A DNA stretch of 60,585 nucleotides from assembly GCF_001194135.2 (NCBI RefSeq), contig NC_068999.1:29809435-29870019 (forward strand), in the 5' to 3' direction. Origin of the DNA: Octopus bimaculoides. Its lineage: Eukaryota. Positions 37,514 through 49,200 of the stretch are shown here, piece by piece. A program made the position numbers and the translations under genes. Positions within the stretch are counted from its first letter, which is position 1. The number at the start of each line of letters is the position of its first letter. The notes under the pieces are model-generated. The model worked only from the letters and a program-made list of their open reading frames with translations, did not search any database and had not been told where the DNA came from.

Positions 37514-37943
37514 AAAAATGCACAACAAAGTTAAAACAATTATTGTAATCCTTTTAGATAAATTAAAAGCCAAATAACACATGTACTTCATTGAGATATA
37601 TGAAACAGTTTCATATTAAATCCCAACTAGTTTATGCTCTGAGAGCTATTCAAGGAAAATGAACCAAAGTTCTTTACAAAACACTCCTTGCCTTATAATC
37701 TGCTAGCATTCTTTATCTACAACACTTTCACCTCTTTATCTAATTCTCATTCTGCTTGTCCGTCTATCTCCCTTGGTCAGTATAATGCTTAAAAACCTAA
37801 ACTTTTCATTTTCTTTGAATAGCTCTCAGAGCATAAACTGGTTGGAATTTAATGTAAAAATATTTAAAATACCTAAATGAAATACTTGTCTTTAGTTCAT
37901 CTAAAAGGATTACATCGACCGTTTTAATTTAATTATGCATTTT
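37514..37943. repeat. Old fold-back / MITE-like element, arms of about 150 bp
   Basis: gtttatgctctgagagctattcaa.gaaaatgaa and tgtaatccttttagat are present in inverted orientation (37514-37671 / 37800-37943). Confidence 0.85.
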
Positions 37944-38035
37944 CTTTTTTCTGTTTAAAAAACTTATACAAAAACACAACAATGATACAACTTGGAGTTC
38001 TGCAGTCTAGTGTTTCAATGTGTGAAGATACTGAA

Positions 38036-40938
38036 GGTCAATATAAAGTTTGAGACCTGTTAATGAAAAGAAAAAAAACCCTAGCCTACTAGGTGAAAAA
38101 TAGTGTGTAGGAAATGAATATGAACAGAAAAATGTGCGCAAACAAACGTGGGGTGGGGTGAATACGATTTTTCCCCCTCATAACTTTCAGGAAAATGGAT
38201 ATATATTGATGAAATTTTATAGAAATAGCCTTCAAATGGTACAAATTACAATTATAAAGAAATTTCTGGGGAAAAATCTTTTCCGAAGGGGTGGGGAGAG
38301 AACTAGGAAAATTCACATAGTCCATTTTTTACCAAAAACACGATTTTTCGTGTGGAATTAACTCCCCTGACCTCCTAGTTTTTCGCAAATCCCTTATTTG
38401 CCAGGTTTTTTTTGGAAAATTTCTTTTCTGTAGATTGAATTACAGTGAGCTCCTAATATGCCACAAAACCCTTTTTTTGTCTAACACAGGGTGAGATGGG
38501 GTGGAACCCTTGGAAATCGCCCCCCNNNNNNNNNNNNNNNNNNNNNNNNNNNNNNNNNNNNNNNNNNNNNNNNNNNNNNNNNNNNNNNNNNNNNNNNNNN
38601 NNNNNNNNNNNNNNNNNNNNNNNNNNNNNNNNNNNNNNNNNNNNNNNNNNNNNNNNNNNNNNNNNNNNNNNNNNNNNNNNNNNNNNNNNNNNNNNNNNNN
38701 NNNNNNNNNNNNNNNNNNNNNNNNNNNNNNNNNNNNNNNNNNNNNNNNNNNNNNNNNNNNNNNNNNNNNNNNNNNNNNNNNNNNNNNNNNNNNNNNNNNN
38801 NNNNNNNNNNNNNNNNNNNNNNNNNNNNNNNNNNNNNNNNNNNNNNNNNNNNNNNNNNNNNNNNNNNNNNNNNNNNNNNNNNNNNNNNNNNNNNNNNNNN
38901 NNNNNNNNNNNNNNNNNNNNNNNNNNNNNNNNNNNNNNNNNNNNNNNNNNNNNNNNNNNNNNNNNNNNNNNNNNNNNNNNNNNNNNNNNNNNNNNNNNNN
39001 NNNNNNNNNNNNNNNNNNNNNNNNNNNNNNNNNNNNNNNNNNNNNNNNNNNNNNNNNNNNNNNNNNNNNNNNNNNNNNNNNNNNNNNNNNNNNNNNNNNN
39101 NNNNNNNNNNNNNNNNNNNNNNNNNNNNNNNNNNNNNNNNNNNNNNNNNNNNNNNNNNNNNNNNNNNNNNNNNNNNNNNNNNNNNNNNNNNNNNNNNNNN
39201 NNNNNNNNNNNNNNNNNNNNNNNNNNNNNNNNNNNNNNNNNNNNNNNNNNNNNNNNNNNNNNNNNNNNNNNNNNNNNNNNNNNNNNNNNNNNNNNNNNNN
39301 NNNNNNNNNNNNNNNNNNNNNNNNNNNNNNNNNNNNNNNNNTTAGCAGGTCTGAGTTGTCTACAGTAGAGGAGGAGCTGGTATGGGTGGTCATAAAGGTG
39401 GACGGAGTGTTGAAGAGAAGGAGTTTTGCTGAGGCCACGGGGATGAAGCGAAGGGAGTTGGACTTGTCTGAAGGAGTATGAGAAGATGGTACAGAAGGTG
39501 GGCAGCGATGTAAGGTTGTCAACCCCTCCCCTAAAGGAATTATGGAGTGGATGGAGAGAAAAACAATCACCTATAAGGTGTTCTCGTTAAAAGGAAAAAA
39601 GGCCGAGCAGGTGGAAACTGTAATGGAAAAGGCGCTAGGGGAGTGGTCAAAGGAAATAACATACATAACTAAAGGAAGGAGATATGGGACAACGGTCGTC
39701 CAATTTAGGACAGTAGAGGGGGTGAGAAGGCTGGCGAGCGTGACGGTGAAAACAGAGGAAGTAGTGCTTCTGCCCACATACCTTGGAAGAAAGATTTCCA
39801 GGTAGAAGCAATCCCACCTGATATAGAAGTGGCTTGGGTGGCGGCGGCTGTCCTTGTTGGAAGTGAGGAGAAGGTGGCTGTCCTTCAAGCTACGGAAACG
39901 GAAGGAGGGTAGAAAGGGAAGACACTAGAACTAATTACACAGGCAGAGGGACAACAGGAGAGTTTGGCAGAGATGGTGACGTTGGGGGAAATTGTGCTGA
40001 GAGTGTGGGTAGAGAACAGAGTACCACGTTGTTTTAAATGTGGCCAAAAGGGCCATATTAGAGCATACTGCCCTCAACAGAGGACAATAACAGAGGAAAC
40101 AGCTATGGAGACGGAAGAGAAAAATTGAAAGACAGACGGGGAAAAGGAGAAAAAATGGTGATTAACAGAGAGTAGAAGGAAGAAGAGAAAAAAAGAAAGA
40201 ACACTGTGTTCCATCCTACCCAAGACCACCCTCCCCATACAAACATCAAACCCACCCACCCCATTTCCCCACAAGAAAAAAAAAAGAGCAGACACCTCAG
40301 AATTTAGAAGACCCCTCCCCCGGTGAAAAAGGTTACGAGAGAGGGAAGTTATGGAGCGATAGCGGAACTGGAACAGAGACTAAAAGGAAATTAGGCCGCA
40401 GAGGCGGCGAGTGGTGTTGCTAACTGTGGGGTGAGTAGCACACTGTTCATATTTTCATTTTCAATTATCACGCATGTTATAATTTTAATTTGTTTTTCAT
40501 GTTCATTTTCATGTGTCATTCATAATATTATATTTTATTTTTATATATTTTTAATTGTTATATGTCCCCACATGTTGTAGTGTCCGCTTTATGTAATGCC
40601 TTTATGGCAAAACTATTGAAATAAAGGGAACCTCTGCAGTAGCACTCGTCCTTTTAGAAATAACAGCTAAATTTCTCTAGCCACACTGCACCGTCTTTTT
40701 TTAGCAAAACGTTGTCTTTTGGGTCAAACTAAAGGGCTTGACCCGGTCAGAAATAAAAAAATAAAATATCCTAATAGGTGTAAAACAACTTGCTTGTGAA
40801 TTTTCCGAAAGCCCCCCCACCCTAACGTTCGCTTGCGCAAATTTTTCTGTTCATATTCGTTTTCAACACACTATTTTTCACTTAGGCTGGGGTTTTTCTT
40901 TTCTTTTCGCTAACGGGTCTCAAACTTTATATTGACCG
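38036..40938. mobile_element. Unclassified DNA-transposon-like element bounded by inverted repeats of about 125 bp
   Basis: 38036-38160 (ggtcaatataaagtttgagacc...tgaacagaaaaat.tgcgcaa) is the reverse complement of 40815-40938. No TSD recognised. Confidence 0.75.
39341..40625 (+). mobile_element. ORF1-only L1/Tx1-like retroelement relic (RRM-like region plus CCHC knuckle, 3'UTR with AATAAA)
   Basis: Frameshifted ORF ...TTVVQFRTVEGVRRL...VEAIPPDIEVAWVAAAVL...LRVWVENRVPRCFKCGQKGHIRAYCP (CX2CX4HX4C at 40030-40071), then a T-rich UTR ending aataaa at 40620-40625. The 5' end is in the gap. Confidence 0.7.
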
Positions 40939-40959
40939 GAAAATGTTATAGATCTTCAC

Positions 40960-41420
40960 TATTTCATGAATGAAACTACAAACTGACGGTAAGATGGTAT
41001 CAAAGAGGACTGAGTCTGAAAATACCTATTGGGTGAGCAGTAGAGACGACAGAAAAGTAGATACAGAATTTTTGTGGAGACTGGTTTAAGTGCGACAGTA
41101 TTAACAGTACATTGAAGACTATAACAGAAGAGTGGTAATAGTACAGTGAAGGTAGTCATGGTAGCACAAACGGAAAAGACTTGTGATGGCAGTACAGGGG
41201 AGACTACGATGATAGCACAGGGAAGACAGGAGTGACAGTACGGGAGAAACTGTAGTGACATTAATGATAGTATAGTGAATACTGCGATCATAGTTATGTG
41301 AAGATGGTGGTGATAGAACACTGGAGACTGTGGTTATAGTACAGTGGTGACTATGATAGTGCAGCGGAGACAGTGGTAACTGTGGTGGCAGAGATACTGA
41401 TGACAAAGACATAGTAAAGC
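40960..41420. repeat. Degenerate purine-rich minisatellite (gtggtgatagtacagtg-like units)
   Basis: Recurrent acagtgg/gatagtac words read directly. Unit length is irregular. Confidence 0.7.
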
Positions 41421-42348
41421 ATTGATAAAGAAGTACTTAAAATACGCAAACTAGACCCCATGCCCTTATAAAGCAAAATATCATCGGAACGCTAAAAAAG
41501 TTACAACGAATGCACAACTAAAGTCACACGATAAAAGAACTCCTTTGGATGTTGCCAACTTCACATAGGATCATCAGAATTATAAGATCGAAAAATAAAG
41601 CGTGAATATCCAGCTAGAATTAAAAAAAACATAACCACTAAGTAAAAAAAAATGAAAAAGAACTGCTGCCACAGACCTACCAGAAATGATTAGTGAGCAC
41701 TGGGTAACAGTGAATAGGGATAAAAGTGCTGATTAGCAAAGTGATAAGCAAACCTCAAATGGTTTGTAATAAGGACACAGAAAAAAAAACTGAATTCAAA
41801 GTTGAAACAATCAATAGAAGGATTAAAAAAAAAACTTCAGCGATTTCACTTTCCAGATCATAAATCGAAATACCGCCAAAAACAAAACAGTAAAAATACT
41901 CATACAATTAAAATAGTGGCGATAAAAGCACGATGGTAGAGGTAACGGGAAAATGAAGAAAATATAAGAATAGCAACAATAGTAGGTTAGCGGCAGGACT
42001 GAAGCCATTCATGTTAGGAGAGTGATGAGATGTTGGGGGCAGTGATTGTCGATAATGATATTAGGAAAATGGCGACTATTTTGTGTTGATGGGGGTCATT
42101 AAAATAGTCGGGGTTAATATCGTCCATGACAGGACTAGATAAATATCGATAGTGTATATATATATATAGAGAGAGAGAGAGAGCGAGTAGGTAGTGTGTA
42201 TATACAAGAAATAACATTAAATAATTAACAGAAGTGGCTCTCTTTAATATCTCCGCGTAAATGTTATATTGCTCTCGGGTGAAGATTGTGACGGTAAATA
42301 GAGTTTAATCACTGAAACAAAAAGAAACAGAAATTTATTTTAATAATT

Positions 42349-42960
42349 ACTTACTCGTAGATACGCAAATCCACTCTTTTAATATGTCATAAGCCGATAT
42401 TGGGTAGGTAAGGTGAAAACTCCAGAAAAGTAATTAAGATGGACAATGAAAAAACCTGGACACTGCCGCCATGTGCAGCAGTAACTACAAACATATTGTG
42501 AAGAGTTTATTTTAATGAAGATATGTAAATCCTTAAACTAAAAGATCAAAACATTAGTGGCTTAAAACAGATTAAAAATTTGTTAATTTAAAATTGCTAT
42601 AATTATTTCCAAAGTTAATTTTTAATAATATTCAGTGCTGTACCGCTCTTTTCTTCAATTCCGGAATCAATATTTGTTTTTCTGTCTTGGATTAAAGATT
42701 GTTGCTCAGTTTTTTAATTATTGTGTACATCTAGGAAGCTTTTGAATGACATTGGTTATTTTTAAACTTGAATTTATATGTCAAATTTCTTACTGCATAA
42801 ATAAAATTATCTCGGTATATGATTGATATTTTACGCAATATGTTGTGTTATTATTTCTGAGAAACAGTGCCTCAGTCGGGACAAACCGGAAACTAAGATC
42901 ACGTGGCAACATTGTTTAAATACTAGTTGGGTCTCAACTCCGAGAGCTGGAAGACGTTGA
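42349..42960. promoter_or_regulatory. Candidate SOD2 promoter / 5'UTR, possibly bidirectional
   Basis: Repeat-free and relatively CpG-retaining. ETS-like ACCGGAAA 42885-42892, E-box TCACGTG 42899-42905, YY1-like GCCGCCAT 42465-42472, minus-strand donor GTAAGT at 42354-42349. Confidence 0.55.
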
Positions 42961-43004
42961 ATGATGTTGAATAATTTGATGACAATTCGCCAGGCGGTTG
43001 TAAG
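42961..43004 (+). CDS. SOD2: Candidate exon 1 of mitochondrial Mn-superoxide dismutase (start of the transit peptide MMLNNLMTIRQAVV-R)
   Basis: ATG at 42961, donor AAG|GTAACA at 43004/43005. It ends in phase 2 (AG), which completes AGG (Arg) with the first G of exon 2. Basic, acid-free sequence directly downstream of promoter motifs. Confidence 0.72.
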
Positions 43005-43751
43005 GTAACATTACGGGATGATAGCTGTCATATATTGGATTATTTACTTTAATGTCTTTCCTTTACTTCTCTATGTCTAGAAGAATGTATAAAATCCTCT
43101 TTGTTTCCACAACGACCTTAAGTAAGGTCATTGGGTATAGGATACATTTTTTATTTCACTAATTATTTGATTTAACAATATTTCTAATTTCAATACATTA
43201 AACTTCCATAAATTCCATCCGTTGTCATTAACTTATTAAATGAGCACTTTGAAATCACGCTGTAAAGTTTAGCTCTTAAACAACACTGGTCGAGTAAACT
43301 TGTAGTCAAAAGCATTCTTGTTATGACGCACCTTTTTCTTTTTTACGTATATAGAGTACCCCATACTTCAATGTCCAATGTGTCCCGTTTTTAAAGACAG
43401 TTGGATGTGATCTGAAGATGTAGCTGCTATTTCTAGCAAGTCGTACATTGTAAAGTTGTATTTTCCTTGGATATGTCACTAATTTTTCTGTCAGCAGACC
43501 ACCGCAAATAATATCGTCGCACTTGCAAATAATGCCTTAAGATCAGTATCCGCCTCTACATAATACTTCTCGATAGGATACAAACTTTACAAACAATTCT
43601 GTTCTAAGTTTATCACCTCTTAGCTGGATTTGTCTTTTATCTTTTTGAAACTGATAAATAACGGCATAACTACATTTGGTAAAATTCATGCAGAACAACA
43701 AAATGCTACATAAACTTAAAATACTTTTTACTTATGTTCATAACAAATTAA

Positions 43752-44131
43752 GGTAGAGATGGACTATATGTAATCTGAACCTTTCCCCCCCTTATTTATT
43801 AATTTTTTTTACGGAATCCCACGTTTTAGGCTATGGAGATTCCGATTCTGAAAAAAAAAAATTTGAAAAATTTCAATTCCCCCCCCCCACCAAGCAGGCT
43901 ATTTACATGCTAGAAATAACAGCCAAATCTCACAAAACTAGTGTTAGGGTTAGGTTTACTCTGTGGATCTATATAAAAACCGGGGGCGGGGGGTCGAAAT
44001 TTTGAAATTGAGATTTTTGAAAATTTTTTTCCAGAATCGGATTTTCCATGGTCTGAAACATAGGATTCCGTAAAAAAAAACAAAATTTAAAATTGGGGGT
44101 ATACCCAGATTACATATACTCTATCTCCACC
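43752..44131. mobile_element. MITE (380 bp) with imperfect TIRs of about 140 bp, Kolobok-like termini
   Basis: ttaa|ggtagagatggactatatgtaatctg...ttacggaatcc is the reverse complement of ggattccgtaa...cagattacatatactctatctccacc. Left flank is TTAA; right flank is degenerate. Confidence 0.75.
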
Positions 44132-45602
44132 CAAATTAATTTAGCAGGACTTGGATAACTAGGTTACACAGTGGTCAGTTTGACTCTATCAACATTAGTC
44201 TTCTTAGGAGATTTTTTTTATATATGCAAGTCAAAGAGAAACAGCGACTTCTTAGTGTGTTGGCCCTCCTTACAGATATGGTTGATATTCAGTTTGATTA
44301 GTTGTGGGGAAAACATGATAAGGTCCCAGAAGAAAGAATTGGCGAAAGTGCTTAACGTATATTCGACAGACTTTACGAAGTTCATTGCTTTTTTACCTCA
44401 GATTTGCCACATTTCTAATATTTCAAAGTCGTTTAGTATCGCACTCCAGATATCTTTCATTCAGCAAGCAGTTATCTAATTCTAGAGTTTCCAATCTGAT
44501 CTTACCACATACTAACACATACAAGTATCTTCTACTGTGGCCTCGAATTTACCAATACCGGATATCTTTGGTTTAACAGACCAGATTCGATTTCCTTTCT
44601 TTCTTTCTTTTTTTTATAATTNNNNNNNNNNNNNNNNNNNNNNNNNNNNNNNNNNNNNNNNNNNNNNNNNNNNNNNNNNNNNNNNNNNNNNNNNNNNNNN
44701 NNNNNNNNNNNNNNNNNNNNNNNNNNNNNNNNNNNNNNNNNNNNNNNNNNNNNNNNNNNNNNNNNNNNNNNNNNNNNNNNNNNNNNNNNNNNNNNNNNNN
44801 NNNNNNNNNNNNNNNNNNNNNNNNNNNNNNNNNNNNNNNNNNNNNNNNNNNNNNNNNNNNNNNNNNNNNNNNNNNNNNNNNNNNNNNNNNNNNNNNNNNN
44901 NNNNNNNNNNNNNNNNNNNNNNNNNNNNNNNNNNNNNNNNNNNNNNNNNNNNNNNNNNNNNNNNNNNNNNNNNNNNNNNNNNNNNNNNNNNNNNNNNNNN
45001 NNNNNNNNNNNNNNNNNNNNNNNNNNNNNNNNNNNNNNNNNNNNNNNNNNNNNNNNNNNNNNNNNNNNNNNNNNNNNNNNNNNNNNNNNNNNNNNNNNNN
45101 NNNNNNNNNNNNNNNNNNNNNNNNNNNNNNNNNNNNNNNNNNNNNNNNNNNNNNNNNNNNNNNNNNNNNNNNNNNNNNNNNNNNNNNNNNNNNNNNNNNN
45201 NNNNNNNNNNNNNNNNNNNNNNNNNNNNNNNNNNNNNNNNNNNNNNNNNNNNNNNNNNNNNNNNNNNNNNNNNNNNNNNNNNNNNNNNNNNNNNNNNNNN
45301 NNNNNNNNNNNNNNNNNNNNNNNNNNNNNNNNNNNNNNNNNNNNNNNNNNNNNNNNNNNNNNNNNNNNNNNNNNNNNNNNNNNNNNNNNNNNNNNNNNNN
45401 NNNNNNNNNNNNNNNNNNNNNNNNNNNNNNNNNNNNNNNNNNNNNNNNNNNNNNNNNNNNNNNNNNNNNNNNNNNNNNNNNNNNNNNNNNNNNNNNNNNN
45501 NNNNNNNNNNNNNNNNNNNNNNNNNNNNNNNNNNNNNNNNNNNNNNNNNNNNNNNNNNNNNNNNNNNNNNNNNNNNNNNNNNNNNNNNNNNNNNNNNNNN
45601 NN

Positions 45603-46775
45603 GCTCCGATGGATGTGTAATGTCAGTGTGCATACTAGACAGAGTGTTAATACCTTGAGAGAAAAGTTGAACTTACGAAGCAATCAGTTGTGGTGTGCAA
45701 GAGAGACGATTGCGCTGGTATGGACATGTAGTGAGAATGGATGAGGATAGCTGTGAAAAAGTGCCACACCCTAGCAGTTGAGGGAACCTGTGGAAGAGGT
45801 AGGCCCAGGAAGACCGTGGGATGAGGTGGTGAGGCACGACCTTCGAACATTGGGCCTCACCGAAGTGATGACTTTTGACCGAGACCTTTGGAAATATGTT
45901 GTGCGTGAGGAGACCCAGCAAGCCAAGTGAGACCTAAATCGAAGGCCTCAGGCNNNNNNNNNNNNNNNNNNNNNNNNNNNNNNNNNNNNNNNNNNNNNNN
46001 NNNNNNNNNNNNNNNNNNNNNNNNNNNNNNNNNNNNNNNNNNNNNNNNNNNNNNNNNNNNNNNNNNNNNNNNNNNNNNNNNNNNNNNNNNNNNNNNNNNN
46101 NNNNNNNNNNNNNNNNNNNNNNNNNNNNNNNNNNNNNNNNNNNNNNNNNNNNNNNNNNNNNNNNNNNNNNNNNNNNNNNNNNNNNNNNNNNNNNNNNNNN
46201 NNNNNNNNNNNNNNNNNNNNNNNNNNNNNNNNNNNNNNNNNNNNNNNNNNNNNNNNNNNNNNNNNNNNNNNNNNNNNNNNNNNNNNNNNNNNNNNNNNNN
46301 NNNNNNNNNNNNNNNNNNNNNNNNNNNNNNNNNNNNNNNNNNNNNNNNNNNNNNNNNNNNNNNNNNNNNNNNNNNNNNNNNNNNNNNNNNNNNNNNNNNN
46401 NNNNNNNNNNNNNNNNNNNNNNNNNNNNNNNNNNNNNNNNNNNNNNNNNNNNNNNNNNNNNNNNNNNNNNNNNNNNNNNNNNNNNNNNNNNNNNNNNNNN
46501 NGATCATTGCCAGTGCCGCCGAACTGGCTCCTGGCAGGTGGCACGTAAAATACACCATTTTGAGCGTGGCTGTTGCCAGTACTGCCTGACTGGCCTTCGT
46601 GCCGGTGGCACGTAAAAGCACCCACTACACTCTCTGAGTGGTTGGCGTGAGGAAGGGCATCCAGCTGTAGAAACTCTGCCAAATCAGATTGGAGCCTGGT
46701 GTAGCCATCTGGTTTCACCAGTCCTCAATCAAATCGTCCAACCCATGCTAGCATGGAAAGCGGACGTTAAACGAC
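45603..46775 (+). mobile_element. Young RTE LINE 3' end spanning a gap
   Basis: High similarity to 1-470, with CpGs retained. The 3'UTR/tail resumes at 46502 and ends at cggacgttaaacgacg. Confidence 0.9.
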
Positions 46776-47551
46776 GGTGTGTGTGACATTTTTGAGAGAG
46801 CATTAGATTGAAAATTCAAAGAGGTTTGAAATGAATAAGTGAAAATGCAGAGATTATAGAAGTTAGTGGTAACAAAATATGTGGAGAGATAACGAAAGAT
46901 AAATTCATCTAAAAAAAAAAACACGTTTTTGCATGTATGTGTGAAATGAAGTAAAGGTATATTAAAACAAAAACATCTTTTTCCTACCTCTTGAAATCAC
47001 TGGATATAACATTTATAATAATAGATTTGAAAAACACTAAAGCATTTTCCTTTTGCAATTTTTGGTACTGAAAGGAGTTTCATTTTTGTGTGGGGTGAGA
47101 GAGAGAGTGAGTGGGTGACAAAGTTTACCTAAACATTGAATGGTGTAACAATCTATCATAATTATATATACTAGCTGGACCCATGAAAAATTCACGGAAA
47201 ACAAAAAATGTAAGCATCTATAAACAGTGTACTGGTGCTATGAGAAATGTTTGCATATTATGACCGTCAGTCTTTACATTCTGAGTTCAAATTCTGCCGA
47301 GTTCGACTTGTCTGTTTGGGGTCAATAAATTAAGTATCTAATCAACTGGCCCCCTCCCCACAAAATTTTCAGACCTAGAAAACTATATTGTGACAGTTAC
47401 AAAATATAGAAAGTAATGTAACACCAATGACTATATAATCCAACCGAAATATCTGTTACACAAACGTAAATGGAATTACTATTCAACCTTAAAATACATT
47501 GTACATATTCAAAGAACCTTAATGTACAAATTGAAATGCAAAAGAATGAAA

Positions 47552-48710
47552 TAATCAATGGATTTGTGAATGAAAGTTTGGTAATTGCGTTTATTTCCAC
47601 CACGCAACACTTATTATTTGCAAACATGTTTTAACTAACCTAAACTATACACAAATACATTCATATATGTATGTCTCGGGTTGTAGCTGCAATTCAAAGG
47701 AGCCAGCCTTGTCATATTCTGTGTGAGGCTGAATCTACCTGAGAACTACGTTAATGTTATGCATGTCTGTGGAGTACTCAGCTATTTGTGAGTTAATTTT
47801 ATCCTCGTGTGGTAATGAAAAATGAAATTGGCATCCAATACCATTCAAGTATGATTGATGCCAGTGCCATCTGACGGCCCCCCTCCCGTGCCAGTGACAC
47901 TTGAAAAGCACCCACTACACTCTGAGTGGTTGGCATTAGGAAGGGCATCTAGCTGTAGAAACCTTGCCAGAACAGACTGGTGCCTCATTGCAGCTTCCTG
48001 GCTTGCCAGTCCTCAGTCATACCATCTAACCCATGCCAGCATGGAAAGCAGATGTTAAACGATAATGATCAATAATATTAATACACTAACTTTTTCTTTT
48101 TGTACATACCTGTTGTGTGCGTCACACTTCTTTGAAGTGGCAAAGTGAGAGTGAAAGAGACAGTGAGTGGTGAAGGCATTCATATTGTGTTTTTAAATGT
48201 TTCAGAGAGGATGTAAGAGAAAGAGTGAAAAAGACAGTGAGTGGTGATGGCGTTCGTTTTGTGTTTTTAAATGTTTATCACATCATAAGAGAAGTAGATA
48301 CAGAGATACATATACACATTGTTAAATCAAAAGTGGGGTAGAAGAGTGATACAAAGGAAGTGGAAGAAAGTGAGTGAGACAGTAGACACATAAATCCAAA
48401 GAAAAGTTCATAGGTACATAGACACAGCAAATATTAGCTGTCAATTTCACTTTTCATTACCACACGAGGATAAAATTAACTCACACATGGCTGAGTACTC
48501 CACAGACATGCATAACATTAATGTAGTTCTCAGGGAGATTCAACCTTACACAGAATATGACAAGGCTGGCCCCCTTTAAATTACAGCTACAACTTAAGAC
48601 ATATATGAATGTATGTATAGTTTAGGTTAGTTAAAACCTGTTTCCAATAATGTGTCACGTGTTGGAAATAAATGCAATTACCGAACTTTCATTCATAAAT
48701 CCATTTATTA
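47552..48710. repeat. Inverted duplication, arms of about 275 bp (47552-47830 / 48442-48710), enclosing an RTE tail (47850-48066)
   Basis: Arms are reverse complements, roughly 85-90% identical by eye. Each contains the same SINE fragment (ggctggccc...gtctgtggagtactcagc) plus non-SINE flanks. Confidence 0.9.
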
Positions 48711-48806
48711 AAAAATTTTTGCACAAATTATAATGGCTTACAATGTATTACTTACAAATGCTTTTTAATTGAACTAAATTTTTTTTTTTTAAGTATCACC
48801 ATTATA

Positions 48807-49200
48807 GGCGTAGGAGTGGCTGTGTGGTAAGTAGCTTGCTTACCAACCACATGGTTCCGGGTCCATTCCCACTGCGTGGCAACTTGAGCAAGTGTCTTCT
48901 CCTATAGCCTCGGGCCGACCAAAGCCTTGTGAGTGGATTTGGTAGATGGAAACTGAAAGAAGCCCGTCGTGTATGTATATATATATGTGTATATGTTTGT
49001 ATGTCTGTGTTTGTCCCTCCCAACATCGCTTGACAACCGATGCTGGTGTGTTTACGTCCCTGTAACTTAGCGGTTCGGCAAAAGAGACCGATAGAATAAG
49101 TACTAGGCTTCCAAAAAATAAGTCCTGGGGTCGATTTGCTCGACTAAAGGTGGTGCTCCAGCATGGCCACAGTCAAATGACTGAAACAAGTAAAAGAGTA
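48807..49200 (+). mobile_element. Full-length tRNA-headed SINE with internal (TA/TG)n
   Basis: A-box-like tggctgtgtggt, B-box-like gggtccattccc, body aagccttgtgagtggatttggtaga, tail ...gactgaaacaagtaaaagagta. Flanked by attatag(g) at 48801 and 49201 (probable TSD). Confidence 0.92.

Noticed and set aside
41460-42000. Possible LINE C-terminal relic (KKLQRMHN)
   Set aside because: The similarity is too short and fragmented to support a call.
44171-44600. ORFs of 60-100 aa on both strands in SOD2 intron 1
   Set aside because: No recognisable domain, interrupted frames, and no convincing splice sites.
48807-48880. tRNA-like sequence (also at 1890-1961, 50612-50672 and 53510-53580)
   Set aside because: No complete cloverleaf or acceptor stem; these are SINE heads, not tRNA genes.
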